Source: Gemmatimonadales bacterium | Lineage (GTDB): Bacteria; Gemmatimonadota; Gemmatimonadetes; Gemmatimonadales; GWC2-71-9 | Length of the DNA stretch: 64,000 nt | Assembly (NCBI GenBank): GCA_036004745.1 | Contig: DASYRD010000129.1 | Location: forward strand, 41,687-105,686 | Direction: 5' to 3' | Part shown: piece by piece, positions 9,698 through 19,008 of the stretch | How positions within the stretch are numbered: the first letter of the stretch is position 1 | Layout of the letters: each line of letters starts with the position of its first letter | Position numbers and translations under genes: made by a program | The notes under the pieces: generated by a model | Told to the model about the DNA's origin: nothing | Database searches by the model: none | Seen by the model: the letters and a program-made list of their open reading frames with translations, nothing else

Positions 9698-10457
9698 CGT
9701 CCGGCTGCGCCTCGAGACGTTGCGCCTGACGGCGCTCTTCGGGCGGAAGGCCGCGGTGCGCGAGGTGTCGATTCTCTTCCCCGCGCACACCGTCACCGCG
9801 ATCATCGGCCCCTCCGGGTGCGGCAAGAGCACGTTCCTGCGTTGCCTGAACCGCATGCACGAGCTGTCGGAGGGCGGGTGGGTGACCGGGAAAGTGCTCC
9901 TCGACGAAGTCGACATCTACGCCAGCGACGTGAACCCGATCCAGCTGCGCCGCCGGATCGGCATGGTCTTCCAGCGGCCCACGCCGTTCCCGACGATGTC
10001 GATCTACGACAACGTGGCGGCCGGACTGCGCGTCAACGGCACGCGCCCGCGCAAGGAGATGGACGAGTCCGTGGAGCGTGCCCTGCGCCAGTCGGCGATC
10101 TGGGATGAAGTGAAGGACCGCCTCCACGCCAGCGCGCTCGAGCTGTCGGGCGGGCAGCAGCAACGGCTCTGCATCGCCCGGGCCATCGCCCCGGAGCCCG
10201 AGATTCTGCTGCTCGACGAGCCCACGGCGTCGCTCGACCCGACCGGCACGCAGCGCATCGAAGAGTTGTGTCATGAGCTGAAGAAGGTGTACACGATCGT
10301 CATCGTGACTCACAACCTGCAGCAGGCGGCGCGCGTCTCGGACTACACGGCCTTCTTTTACATGGGCGGCCTGGTCGAGGTGGGTCGCACGAGCGACATC
10401 TTCACCCAGCCCAAGGTGGAGCAGACGGAGGCGTATATCACCGGGAGGTTCGGATGA
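9681..10457 (+). CDS. pstB: Phosphate ABC transporter ATP-binding protein PstB (copy 1)
   Basis: Walker [10 protein letters not shown], signature [14 protein letters not shown], Walker [12 protein letters not shown], and the PstB-typical C-terminus [10 protein letters not shown]. Confidence 0.93.
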   Translation: MAAPDNVRLRLETLRLTALFGRKAAVREVSILFPAHTVTAIIGPSGCGKSTFLRCLNRMHELSEGGWVTGKVLLDEVDIYASDVNPIQLRRRIGMVFQRPTPFPTMSIYDNVAAGLRVNGTRPRKEMDESVERALRQSAIWDEVKDRLHASALELSGGQQQRLCIARAIAPEPEILLLDEPTASLDPTGTQRIEELCHELKKVYTIVIVTHNLQQAARVSDYTAFFYMGGLVEVGRTSDIFTQPKVEQTEAYITGRFG

Positions 10458-11221
10458 TTCGCCCGCCCAACCCGGTGCTCGACGCCCGCGGCTACAACTT
10501 CTGGTACGGGCCGACGCAGGCGTTGCACGACGTCACGTGCCTCATTCCCCGGCGCGCCGTGACGGCGCTCATCGGTCCCTCGGGGTGCGGGAAGACGACG
10601 TTCCTGCGCTCCGTCAACCGGCTCCACGACCTGACGCCCGGGACGCGCCACACCGGTGACCTTCTGCTGGAAGGCGCGTCGGTGTTCGCCCCGGGAACCG
10701 ATACGGTGGCGCTGCGGAGACGCGTGGGGATGGTGTTCCAGCGGCCCAATCCCTTCCCCAAGCCCGTGTACGACAACGTCGCGTACGGACCGCGCCTCAA
10801 CGCGCTGTGCGCGCCGCGCGAGCTCGGTGACCGCGTCGAGCGCGCGCTGCGCCAGGCGGCGCTCTGGGACGAGGTGAAGGAACGCCTGCGCGAGCCGGGG
10901 ACCGCCCTCTCCGGCGGCCAGCAGCAGCGGCTCTGCATCGCGCGCGCGCTCGCCAACGAGCCCGACGTGCTGCTGAGGGACGAGCCCTGCTCGGCGCTCG
11001 ATCCGATCGCGACGCAGCGCATCGAAGAGCTGATCGTCGAGCTGAAGCAGGCCTACTCTATCGTGATCGTTACGCATAACATGCAGCAGGCGGCCCGCGT
11101 GTCCGATTACGCGGGGTTCTTCTATCTCGGCAAACTCGTCGAGTTCGGGGAGACCGAGCAGATCTTCACCCGGCCCAAGGACGAGCGCACCGAAGCGTAC
11201 ATCACAGGGAGATTCGGATGA
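10454..11221 (+). CDS. pstB: Phosphate ABC transporter ATP-binding protein PstB (copy 2)
   Basis: Walker [24 protein letters not shown], and the same C-terminal [14 protein letters not shown] overlaps on both sides. Confidence 0.92.
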   Translation: MIRPPNPVLDARGYNFWYGPTQALHDVTCLIPRRAVTALIGPSGCGKTTFLRSVNRLHDLTPGTRHTGDLLLEGASVFAPGTDTVALRRRVGMVFQRPNPFPKPVYDNVAYGPRLNALCAPRELGDRVERALRQAALWDEVKERLREPGTALSGGQQQRLCIARALANEPDVLLRDEPCSALDPIATQRIEELIVELKQAYSIVIVTHNMQQAARVSDYAGFFYLGKLVEFGETEQIFTRPKDERTEAYITGRFG

Positions 11222-11898
11222 GCACGGAAGCGCACCGCCATTTCCACGATGAGCTCTCGGAGCTCAAGGTCACCCTGCTCAACATGTCGGGGGACGCGCA
11301 AGCCGCGCTCGCCGCCTCCGTGGAGGCGCTGCTGCAGCGGGACGGCCGCAAAGCCGAGGACGTCATCGCGCAGGATCGGGAGCTCGACCGCCAGGAAAAC
11401 GACATCGAAGAGAAGGTCATCCGCCTCCTGGCCACGCAGCAGCCGATGGCGCGCGACCTGCGCTTCCTCACGGCCTCGATGAGAATCGCGAACGACCTGG
11501 AACGCGTCGGCGACCACGCGGTGAACATCGCGCAATCGGCGGAGCGGCTGCTCGTGAACCGGCCGATCGTGCCCGAGCCCGAGCTGGTCGAGATGGTGCG
11601 CCAGGCGCGCACGATGCTCGCCGACGCGCTTGACGCGTTCGTGCGCGGCGACGCGCAGGCAGGACGCGCGATCTGCCGCCGCGACGACGGGGTCGACGCG
11701 CTGCATCAGTCGATGTTCCGGATCCTCCTCACGCACATGATGGAGGACCCGCACATCATCGGCGCCGCGATGGATCTGTTCCTCGTGAGCCGCAACCTCG
11801 AGCGCGTGGCCGACCTCGCCACGAACATCGCCGAGGACGTCGTGTTCCTGGTGGAAGGCAAGAGCATCAAGCATCACGCGGAAGACATCGGCACCTGA
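11218..11898 (+). CDS. phoU: Phosphate signalling complex protein PhoU
   Basis: Two PhoU repeats: ..[48 protein letters not shown] and ..[23 protein letters not shown]. Confidence 0.93.
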   Translation: MSTEAHRHFHDELSELKVTLLNMSGDAQAALAASVEALLQRDGRKAEDVIAQDRELDRQENDIEEKVIRLLATQQPMARDLRFLTASMRIANDLERVGDHAVNIAQSAERLLVNRPIVPEPELVEMVRQARTMLADALDAFVRGDAQAGRAICRRDDGVDALHQSMFRILLTHMMEDPHIIGAAMDLFLVSRNLERVADLATNIAEDVVFLVEGKSIKHHAEDIGT

Positions 11899-11906
11899 AG
11901 ACGATC

Positions 11907-12278
11907 TTGTTCCTGTGCGTCGCCAACGCGGGACGCAGTCAGGTCGCGGAAGGGCTGGCGCACGCGCTGGCGCCGGCGGACTTTCGATTCCTCAGTGCCG
12001 GGTCCCAGCCGCGGACACTGAACGCCCTTGCGGTGCGCGTGCTCGCCGAAGAAGGGATCGACATCGCGCATCACCACTCGAAGGGCTTGGACGCGATTCC
12101 CCTCGACCAGGTCGATGTCATCGTCACGCTGTGCGCCGAAGAGGTCTGTCCGTACGTCCCGGGCGTCGTGCAGCGCCTCCACTGGCCGCTCCCCGACCCC
12201 AACGACCTCGAGACCTTCCGTTTGGTGCGCGACGAGCTGCGGAGGCGACTACCGTCTCTGTGGACCGATCAGCCGTAG
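11907..12278 (+). CDS. LMW-PTP-fold arsenate reductase (thioredoxin-coupled ArsC type) or low-molecular-weight phosphatase
   Basis: P-loop CVANAGRS (C-X5-R-S) plus the downstream Cys pair in VTLCAEEVCP, as in Trx-coupled ArsC. The track start (TTG at 11907) leaves only 3 residues before the catalytic Cys. An in-frame CTG at 11895 overlapping the phoU TGA would give the canonical (M)KTILFLC.. N-terminus. Confidence 0.8.
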   Translation: MFLCVANAGRSQVAEGLAHALAPADFRFLSAGSQPRTLNALAVRVLAEEGIDIAHHHSKGLDAIPLDQVDVIVTLCAEEVCPYVPGVVQRLHWPLPDPNDLETFRLVRDELRRRLPSLWTDQP

Positions 12279-13030
12279 GTCCGATAGCGATAGTAACCCG
12301 ACGGGGGCTGCGGCCGGCGACGCAGGGCGTCTTCCGACGCGAAGAACCGGATCAAGAGCAGGCCCACGGCGAAACCGCCGATGTGCGCGAAGAACGCCGT
12401 CCCGCCGCGATCGATGCCGCTCAGACTCCCGAGGCCACCCAGCAGCTGAAGGAGCGCCCAGTAGCCCAGCATCATGTACGCGGGGAGCGCAATCGTGGTC
12501 GCATAGAAACCGAAGAACACCAGCGTGTGCACGCGCACGCGTGGATACAGCACCAGGTAGGCCCCCAGCACGCCGCTGATGGCGCCCGACGCGCCGACCA
12601 TCGGCACGACCGAGTTCGGTCCGACGAGCACCTGGGCGCCCGCGGCGGCGACTCCGCACAACAGATAGAAAAAGATGAAACGGCCGTGCCCCATCACGTC
12701 TTCGATGTTGTTTCCGAAGACCCAGAGAAACACCATGTTGCCGATGAGGTGGAACCATCCGCCGTGCATGAACATCGACGTGATGAGCGTCGAGTATTGC
12801 GGCTTGTCGACTACGCAGAAGAGGCCCTCGGCCAACTCCACGCCCGCCCCCGGCCTCGCGGTTCGGAGCAGCTCGCCGGGGACGAGGCCAAACTCGCAGA
12901 CGGAGCGGACCAGGGGCTCGGGGGACCCCATGCCCTGGACGAAGAGCCACGCGAGCACGTTCGCCGCGATAATCCCTACGGTGACGACGGGGGCTAGCTC
13001 GGTTGGATTGTCGTCCTTGTATGGAAACAT
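12269..13030 (-). CDS. Rhomboid-family intramembrane serine protease
   Basis: [20 protein letters not shown], catalytic [13 protein letters not shown] and AHIGGFAVG, with multiple TM segments. Confidence 0.88.
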   Translation of the reverse strand: MFPYKDDNPTELAPVVTVGIIAANVLAWLFVQGMGSPEPLVRSVCEFGLVPGELLRTARPGAGVELAEGLFCVVDKPQYSTLITSMFMHGGWFHLIGNMVFLWVFGNNIEDVMGHGRFIFFYLLCGVAAAGAQVLVGPNSVVPMVGASGAISGVLGAYLVLYPRVRVHTLVFFGFYATTIALPAYMMLGYWALLQLLGGLGSLSGIDRGGTAFFAHIGGFAVGLLLIRFFASEDALRRRPQPPSGYYRYRTYG

Positions 13031-13039
13031 GGGGACAAT

Positions 13040-13064
13040 CTAGACGCCGAGACGCCTAGACGCC
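13040..13064 (+). repeat. Three tandem octamers TAGACGCC-GAGACGCC-TAGACGCC in the rhomboid/dnaK divergent intergenic region
   Basis: Read directly: cTAGACGCCGAGACGCCTAGACGCCgggg. The same octamer family (CAGACGCC x3 on the other strand) recurs at 27925-27948 upstream of tig. Confidence 0.85.
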
Positions 13065-13090
13065 GGGGCTGTCATATTGGCATCTTTCTC

Positions 13091-13106
13091 GGGCACGCGG
13101 CTTGCT
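13091..13106 (+). promoter_or_regulatory. Sigma-54-type -24/-12 promoter-like element upstream of dnaK
   Basis: GGGCACGCGGCTTGCT against the consensus TGGCACG-N4-TTGCW. The GG and GC dinucleotides have the correct spacing. It lies about 55 nt upstream of the dnaK ATG. A chance match cannot be excluded. Confidence 0.3.
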
Positions 13107-13159
13107 CGATGCGACGTCCGTCTGCAGCTACGCATCCCAACTCTACAGGAGCCGTACAC

Positions 13160-15085
13160 ATGGCGGAGAAAATCATCGGGATCGACCTCGGGACGACCAA
13201 CTCGGTCGTGGCCGTCATGGAGGGCGGCGACCCGGTCGTCATTCCCAACGCCGAGGGTGGCCGCACGACGCCCTCCGTCGTCGCATTCACGAAGGACGGC
13301 GAACGGCTCGTGGGCCAGGTGGCGAAGCGGCAGGCGGTCACCAACCCGCAGAACACGGTGTTCTCGATCAAGCGGTTCATGGGACGCCGCATCAACGAAG
13401 TCACGGAAGAGGTCAAGCGGGTCCCCTACAAGGTGGTCCCCGGTCCCAACGAGCTCGTGGCGGTGGATATCCAGGGGAAGAAGTACACGCCCCCCGAGAT
13501 CTCCGCGATGATTCTCCAGAAGATGAAGCAGACGGCCGAAGACTACCTCGGCCACAAGGTCGAGAAGGCGGTGATCACGGTCCCCGCCTACTTCAACGAC
13601 TCGCAGCGCCAGGCGACGAAGGACGCCGGCAAGATCGCCGGCCTCGACGTCGTCCGCATCATCAACGAGCCGACGGCTTCGGCACTGGCGTACGGACTCG
13701 ACAAGAAGAAGGAAGAGAAGATCGCGGTGTACGATTTGGGCGGCGGCACCTACGACATTTCCGTGCTCGAGCTCGCCGAAGGCGTGTTCGAGGTGAAGAG
13801 CACGAACGGCGACACGCACCTGGGCGGTGACGACTTCGACGCGCGGGTGATGCAGTGGCTCGTCGACGAGTTCAAGCGCGATCAGGGGATCGACCTGTCG
13901 AAGGACCCGATGGCGCTGCAGCGGCTCAAGGAAGCTGCCGAGAAGGCCAAGATGGAGCTGTCGACCGTGATGCAGACGGAGATCAACCTCCCCTTCATCA
14001 CCGCCGATCAGTCGGGACCCAAGCACCTGAACCTGACGCTCACACGGGCCAAGCTCGAGCAGCTGGTCGACGACCTCGTGAAGCGCACGATGCCCCCGAT
14101 GGAGCAGGCGCTCAAGGACGCCGGCCTGAAGCCGTCGGACATCGATGAGGTGATCCTCGTCGGTGGCCAGACGCGGATGCCGAAGGTCCAGGAGATCGTG
14201 AAGAGCTTCTTCGGGAAGGACCCCCATAAGGGCGTGAATCCCGACGAGGTGGTCGCGATCGGCGCCGCGATTCAGGGTGGCGTGCTCGCGGGCGAAGTGA
14301 AGGACGTCCTGCTGCTCGACGTCACGCCGCTGTCGCTCGGCATCGAGACGCTGGGCGGCGTCACCACGGTCCTGATCCCGCGCAACACGACCATTCCGAC
14401 GAAGAAGTCGGAAGTGTTCTCGACGGCCGAGGACAATCAGACCACGGTCGAGATCCACGTGTTGCAGGGTGAACGCCAGATGGCGCTCGACAACCGCACG
14501 ATCGGTAAGTTCCAGCTCACCGGTCTGCCGCCGGCGCCGCGGGGGATTCCCCAGGTCGAGGTGACCTTCGACATCGACGCGAACGGCATCCTGCACGTGT
14601 CGGCCAAGGACAAGGCGACCGGCAAGGAGCAGAAGATCCGCATCGAGGCCTCCTCCGGGCTCGGTGACAAAGACATCGACAAGATGGTCAAGGAGGCTGA
14701 GGCGCACGCCGCCGAGGACCAGCGGCGTCGCGACGAGATCGAGCGGCGCAACCGGCTCGATACGACGGTGTACGACGTGGAGAAGAACTCCAAGGAATGG
14801 TCCGATAAGCTCGAGGCCGCGCTCAAGACGCGACTCGACGCCGCGGTGACGGGCGCGAAGGCGGCGCTGCGCAGTGGTAACCCGGACGAGATCAGCAAGG
14901 CGTTGGAGGAGCTGCAGCAGGCGTACTCAGCAGCGGGCGCCTCGATCTACGCGGCGTCTCGCGGCGCGCAGCCCGCCGGAGGCGACGGCCAGCCGGCCGC
15001 GGAACCCGCCGCCGGTGCCAAGCAGGAAAACGTGGTGGACGCCGACTACGAAATCGTGGACGACGACAAGAACAAGAAGCCATAA
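13160..15085 (+). CDS. dnaK: Molecular chaperone DnaK (Hsp70)
   Basis: [43 protein letters not shown]. The start is set at the ATG preceded by CAGGAG. The track ORF adds 17 non-conserved upstream codons. Confidence 0.97.
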   Translation: MAEKIIGIDLGTTNSVVAVMEGGDPVVIPNAEGGRTTPSVVAFTKDGERLVGQVAKRQAVTNPQNTVFSIKRFMGRRINEVTEEVKRVPYKVVPGPNELVAVDIQGKKYTPPEISAMILQKMKQTAEDYLGHKVEKAVITVPAYFNDSQRQATKDAGKIAGLDVVRIINEPTASALAYGLDKKKEEKIAVYDLGGGTYDISVLELAEGVFEVKSTNGDTHLGGDDFDARVMQWLVDEFKRDQGIDLSKDPMALQRLKEAAEKAKMELSTVMQTEINLPFITADQSGPKHLNLTLTRAKLEQLVDDLVKRTMPPMEQALKDAGLKPSDIDEVILVGGQTRMPKVQEIVKSFFGKDPHKGVNPDEVVAIGAAIQGGVLAGEVKDVLLLDVTPLSLGIETLGGVTTVLIPRNTTIPTKKSEVFSTAEDNQTTVEIHVLQGERQMALDNRTIGKFQLTGLPPAPRGIPQVEVTFDIDANGILHVSAKDKATGKEQKIRIEASSGLGDKDIDKMVKEAEAHAAEDQRRRDEIERRNRLDTTVYDVEKNSKEWSDKLEAALKTRLDAAVTGAKAALRSGNPDEISKALEELQQAYSAAGASIYAASRGAQPAGGDGQPAAEPAAGAKQENVVDADYEIVDDDKNKKP

Positions 15086-15100
15086 ACGGAGGGGGAGCAG

Positions 15101-16678
15101 ATGTCTGTCAGGACGCGGGATTGGCTCAAGTTCGGCGCGCTGGTGACGATGGCGTTTGTGTTCGGGCTGGCCTTCGCCTCAGCGCTGGATCTGCCCACGC
15201 GGGGCAATGCCGCCGAGCGATCGGCGGAGATACTGCAAGGCGTCACTGCGCCGATGCAGGCGATTCCCGCGACACGGCCGGCAGCGGACCTCGGCGCCGC
15301 CTTCTCGGCGGTCGCCGAGCACGTGAAGCCGGCCGTGGTGTTCGTGAAGTCCGAGCGGCGTGAACGGCCCAATTCCCGGCGCCTGCCGCCCGGCTTCGAG
15401 GACTTCTTCCAGATCCCGCGCCGGCCGCAGGTCGAGCAAAACACGGGGTCGGGCTTCATCGTCTCCCCCGACGGCTACATCCTCACCAACAATCACGTGG
15501 TCCAGGGCGCTGATCGGGTGACCGTGCGACTGCTCGACAACCACGAGTACGTCGCGCGCATCGTCGGCACCGATCCCTCGACCGACGTTGCCGTCATCAA
15601 GATCCCGGCGACGGGCCTGACGACCGTCAACTTCGCCAACTCCGACTCGACGCGTATCGGCGAGTGGGTCCTGGCGATCGGCAATCCGCTCGGTGAGGCG
15701 TTCACGTTCACTGTGACCGCCGGCATCGTCAGCGCCAAGGGTCGCCTCCTGGCCGGGCTGCAGCAGTCCCGCTATTCGATTCAGGACTTCATCCAGACCG
15801 ACGCGGCGATCAACCCCGGCAACTCGGGGGGACCCCTCGTCAACGTCCGCGGACAAGTGATTGGCATCAATGCGGCGATCGCGAGCGAGACCGGTTACTA
15901 CGCCGGGTACGGGTTCGCCATCCCGATCAACCTCGCGCGCACGGTCATGACCCAACTGATTGCGACCGGTCACGTCGAGCGCGCGGTGATGGGCATCCAG
16001 ATCCGGCCGATCACACCGGAAGACGCCGAGGTGGCCAAGCTGTCGGACATCCGCGGCGTCGTGGTCAACGACTTCACGCCGGCTGACAATTCCCCCGCCC
16101 GGCGCGCCGGGATCCAGGAAGGTGACGTGATCCTCGCCGTCGACGGCGATCCGATCGAATCGGTGTCGCAGCTGCAGCAGAAAGTCGGCTTCCGGAAGGC
16201 GGGGGAAGCGGTCCAGGTCACGGTCGCGCGCGCGGGCGGTGAGCGGAAGACGCTGAGCGTGCGGCTCGCGGCGGCGCCGGGGCCCGAGGCCGACTCAGCG
16301 GACGTGGCGGCCGCGGACGACGCGACGCCGAAGCGGGGCCTCGCGCCCAAGGAAGAGACGTTGGGGATTTCCGTCGAGCCGTTGTCGCAAGAAGACGCGC
16401 GCGAGCCGAGCCTCAGGGCCGTGGCGCGCGCCGGAGGCGGCCTCGCGGTGACGTCCATCTCACCGGACGGGCCGGCGTATCAGAAGCTGGTCGACGCGAG
16501 CGGCGGCGGGTACCCCGACATCATTCTCAAGGTCAACGGGCAGCCGACGCGCACGCGCGCGGAGTTCCGCGCCGCGCTGGCGACCGTGAAGTCGAATGAC
16601 ATCGTCACGCTGACGGTGCTGACGTACGGGCCACCCGACGGCTGGGCGCAGCGGGTGGTGCGGCTCCGGTCCCGCTAG
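15101..16678 (+). CDS. htrA: HtrA/DegP/DegQ-family periplasmic serine endoprotease with two PDZ domains
   Basis: N-terminal TM anchor, catalytic triad context GSGFIVSPDGYILTNNHVV / DVAVIK / GNSGGPLVN, then two PDZ-like regions. It lies 15 nt downstream of dnaK. Confidence 0.92.
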   Translation: MSVRTRDWLKFGALVTMAFVFGLAFASALDLPTRGNAAERSAEILQGVTAPMQAIPATRPAADLGAAFSAVAEHVKPAVVFVKSERRERPNSRRLPPGFEDFFQIPRRPQVEQNTGSGFIVSPDGYILTNNHVVQGADRVTVRLLDNHEYVARIVGTDPSTDVAVIKIPATGLTTVNFANSDSTRIGEWVLAIGNPLGEAFTFTVTAGIVSAKGRLLAGLQQSRYSIQDFIQTDAAINPGNSGGPLVNVRGQVIGINAAIASETGYYAGYGFAIPINLARTVMTQLIATGHVERAVMGIQIRPITPEDAEVAKLSDIRGVVVNDFTPADNSPARRAGIQEGDVILAVDGDPIESVSQLQQKVGFRKAGEAVQVTVARAGGERKTLSVRLAAAPGPEADSADVAAADDATPKRGLAPKEETLGISVEPLSQEDAREPSLRAVARAGGGLAVTSISPDGPAYQKLVDASGGGYPDIILKVNGQPTRTRAEFRAALATVKSNDIVTLTVLTYGPPDGWAQRVVRLRSR

Positions 16679-17340
16679 ACGGGGCGCCGCTCCGAGAGCA
16701 TCACCGCGGCCGTCGCGACGAGCCAGGCGACAAAGAAGGCCTGGCCGTAGTAGAGGTTCTGCGAGAACTCGCTGAACCCTAGCGCGACGGCCGCGTTCGT
16801 TACGGCCACCGCGAACGCCCACCATCCGAGCCAGCGCGGGTAGACCTTGCCGTTCCAGATCGCCCACCCGAACAAGTAGGCCACGAGCCCCAACGCGAAC
16901 GTCGCCAGCCGCTCCGCGGCGAGGCCGGCGGGGTGCAGCATGTCGTAGACGAACACCGCGTGCGTCGACGTGAGCGCCTTGTCGGACGTCGCGTAGGCGT
17001 GCGCGAGATGCGCGCCGGCTCCCACCATGAAGAGCACATTCAGGGCCCACACCGCGAAGGCGAAGCCGCCGAGCAGCACGCCGGCTCGCCCGGGGGCCGA
17101 GCCGGGCGTCTCGCTGTGGCGCAACGCGACGCCGATCAACCCCATGTACATCAGCGGGAACGCGAACAGCAGCGCCCAGTGGATCGCGTACCAGTATTTG
17201 GTGGCGGCGACGGTCTCGAGCTGCGCGGCTCCATCACCTGGGAGGAACGGGTGCATGAGCCCCGCGGCGCTGGCGAGCAGCGCACCGGCCAACAGGCAGA
17301 GACCATAGAACAGGGGACGGCGGGCGAGGGTGGGGGGCAT
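16675..17340 (-). CDS. Hypothetical integral membrane protein (about 6 TM)
   Basis: Coherent hydrophobic segments (LFYGLCLLAGALLASAAGL, WYAIHWALLFAFPLMYMGLIGV, ..) and normal codon/amino-acid usage. I recognise no motif. Confidence 0.6.
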   Translation of the reverse strand: MPPTLARRPLFYGLCLLAGALLASAAGLMHPFLPGDGAAQLETVAATKYWYAIHWALLFAFPLMYMGLIGVALRHSETPGSAPGRAGVLLGGFAFAVWALNVLFMVGAGAHLAHAYATSDKALTSTHAVFVYDMLHPAGLAAERLATFALGLVAYLFGWAIWNGKVYPRWLGWWAFAVAVTNAAVALGFSEFSQNLYYGQAFFVAWLVATAAVMLSERRPV

Positions 17341-17384
17341 GTCCTAATCTAGCACGCGGTCGGGCTGGGCATATATTCTCGGGC

Positions 17385-17888
17385 ATGCAACTCAACCGCA
17401 TCCTGCGCGAAGGCTTCATCGCGGGCTGTATCGGCGCGGCGATCGTGGCGGTGTGGTTCCTCGTCATCGACGCGATCAACGGTCGCCCCTTCTTTACGCC
17501 GGCGATGCTCGGGAGCGCCGTCTTCTGGGGGGCGCACGATCCCTCCGGCGTCGTGATCGAGTACTCCCGCATCATCGGCTACACGATGATTCACGTGAGC
17601 GCCTTCGTGGTGGTGGGGTGCATCGCTGCCGCGCTCGCGGCGGAGGTCGAGGTCGCGCCGTCGACGCTGTTCCTGGTCGTGGTGGGTTTCTGCTTTTTCG
17701 AGGTGGGGTTCTACATTCTCGTCGCGCTGCTCGCCAAGCCCCTGCTGGGATACCTGGCGTGGTGGAACGTGGCGATCGGTAACTGCCTCGCCGCCCTCGC
17801 CATGGGCTATTACCTGTGGCGCGAGCATCCGCAAATCGGCGAAGAGCTGCGCCGCCACCCGCTGGGAGAGACGGCGGACGGGGAGTAG
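17385..17888 (+). CDS. Hypothetical integral membrane protein (about 4-5 TM)
   Basis: MQLNRILREGFIAGCIGAAIVAVWFLVIDAINGRPFF.. contains several TM helices. It is divergent from the previous gene, and I recognise no motif. Confidence 0.6.
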   Translation: MQLNRILREGFIAGCIGAAIVAVWFLVIDAINGRPFFTPAMLGSAVFWGAHDPSGVVIEYSRIIGYTMIHVSAFVVVGCIAAALAAEVEVAPSTLFLVVVGFCFFEVGFYILVALLAKPLLGYLAWWNVAIGNCLAALAMGYYLWREHPQIGEELRRHPLGETADGE

Positions 17889-17889
17889 C

Positions 17890-18699
17890 TCAGCGCCGGG
17901 TTAGCGCGTAGACATCCAAGGGGACGGCCCGCTCGGCGTCCCCTTTGCCTTCCTGCACCGCCCAGCGGAACCACACCACCGTCATCGCGCCCCACAACGC
18001 GAGCCCGCCCACCACCCACATGAGCAGCCCCCCGATTTGCTGGTCGGCAAGGGCATCGAGGCCGGCCGCAACGCGCGGCGCCTCGGCGTAGAACGGATAC
18101 AGGACGTTGTCAGACAGTGTGATCAGCGCCCCGGTGATCGACATCGGCAGCCCCAGGAGAAACAGGTACAGCATCTGACCGGGATACGGGATCCGGGGCA
18201 GCTCGGGGACGGGAGACAAGACGGGCCACCACATGATGACGGCCGTGGTGAGAAAGACGAGATGTTGGAGGATATGGAGGTTGTGATGGCGCAGCGCGGC
18301 CTCGTAAAAGCGGGGCACGTGCCACAGGACGATCGGCACCGTGAACACGGCCGCCGCGATTACGGGTCGGGTGAGAACGCGCGCCACCGGCATGACGCCG
18401 CGGGCGCCCAGGATTGGGCGAACGACCCAGGCCGGGCTGCCGTAGAGCAGCAGCGGCGGGAATAGCAGGGTGAGCTGCAGGTGCTGCGCCATGTGCGCGC
18501 TGAAGAGGTAACGGTCGGAGAGATTGTGCAGCGGCCCGTTTAGGGAGACGAACAGCACGAGCAGCGACGCGCCGAAGGCCACCACGCGGCGGCGATCGGT
18601 CCGTAGGCCTCCCCAAAACACAAAGAGCCCGCCCAAGAGGACGAGCCCGATCACGACGCTGGGATGGAGATCCCAGCCGTTCCACGGGGGCGGGGTCAC
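17890..18699 (-). CDS. ctaG: Cytochrome c oxidase caa3-type assembly factor CtaG-like membrane protein
   Basis: W(D/N)LHPSVVIGL..FSAHMAQHLQLTLLFPPLLL..WHVPRFYEAAL..HILQHLVFL is the CtaG_1 (caa3) family pattern. A GTGA overlap links it to the upstream subunit IV gene. Confidence 0.75.
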   Translation of the reverse strand: MTPPPWNGWDLHPSVVIGLVLLGGLFVFWGGLRTDRRRVVAFGASLLVLFVSLNGPLHNLSDRYLFSAHMAQHLQLTLLFPPLLLYGSPAWVVRPILGARGVMPVARVLTRPVIAAAVFTVPIVLWHVPRFYEAALRHHNLHILQHLVFLTTAVIMWWPVLSPVPELPRIPYPGQMLYLFLLGLPMSITGALITLSDNVLYPFYAEAPRVAAGLDALADQQIGGLLMWVVGGLALWGAMTVVWFRWAVQEGKGDAERAVPLDVYALTRR

Positions 18700-18998
18700 G
18701 TCCCGGTCCGCAGCCGCACCGCTCCGAAAAAGAGAAAGAGCAAGCCGATCATGACGCTGACGGCGAGGAGCAGCGGACCACTGAACAGAAACGCGAACAG
18801 GCGGCTGTCGAACCTCAAGTGCATGTAGAACAGCACGACCAGCACGAACTTGACCAACGAGAGCACCAGTAACACTGGCACGAGCACCGGCTGGAAGGCG
18901 GGTACATAGAACACGCCCACCTCGATCAACGTGATCATCACGAGGATCGCGGCGATGCGCAGATAGGTCCCGGTCGTCGCGTGCGCCTGCTCGCTCAT
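18696..18998 (-). CDS. Cytochrome c oxidase subunit IV (small prokaryotic subunit)
   Basis: A 100-aa protein with 3 TM segments. The region YLRIAAILVMITLIEVGVFY..VKFVLVVLFYMHLRFD is typical of the bacterial COX4 family. Its position after subunit III also fits. Confidence 0.75.
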   Translation of the reverse strand: MSEQAHATTGTYLRIAAILVMITLIEVGVFYVPAFQPVLVPVLLVLSLVKFVLVVLFYMHLRFDSRLFAFLFSGPLLLAVSVMIGLLFLFFGAVRLRTGT

Positions 18999-19008
18999 CT
19001 CGCCTCCA

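Noticed and set aside
13065-13159. CIRCE (HrcA), HAIR (HspR) or sigma-32-type heat-shock elements upstream of dnaK
   Set aside because: I could not find TTAGCACTC-N9-GAGTGCTAA, CTTGAGT-N7-ACTCAAG, or a convincing CTTGAAA..CCCCAT pair by eye. Only the sigma-54-like match and the octamer array stand out.
13040-14707. 555-aa minus-strand ORF covering most of dnaK
   Set aside because: It is antisense to an unambiguous dnaK gene and has a low-complexity Arg/Leu/Asp/His-rich composition. ORFs antisense to Hsp70 genes are a known source of spurious annotations, historically labelled as NAD-specific glutamate dehydrogenase. I treat it as a GC-rich shadow ORF.
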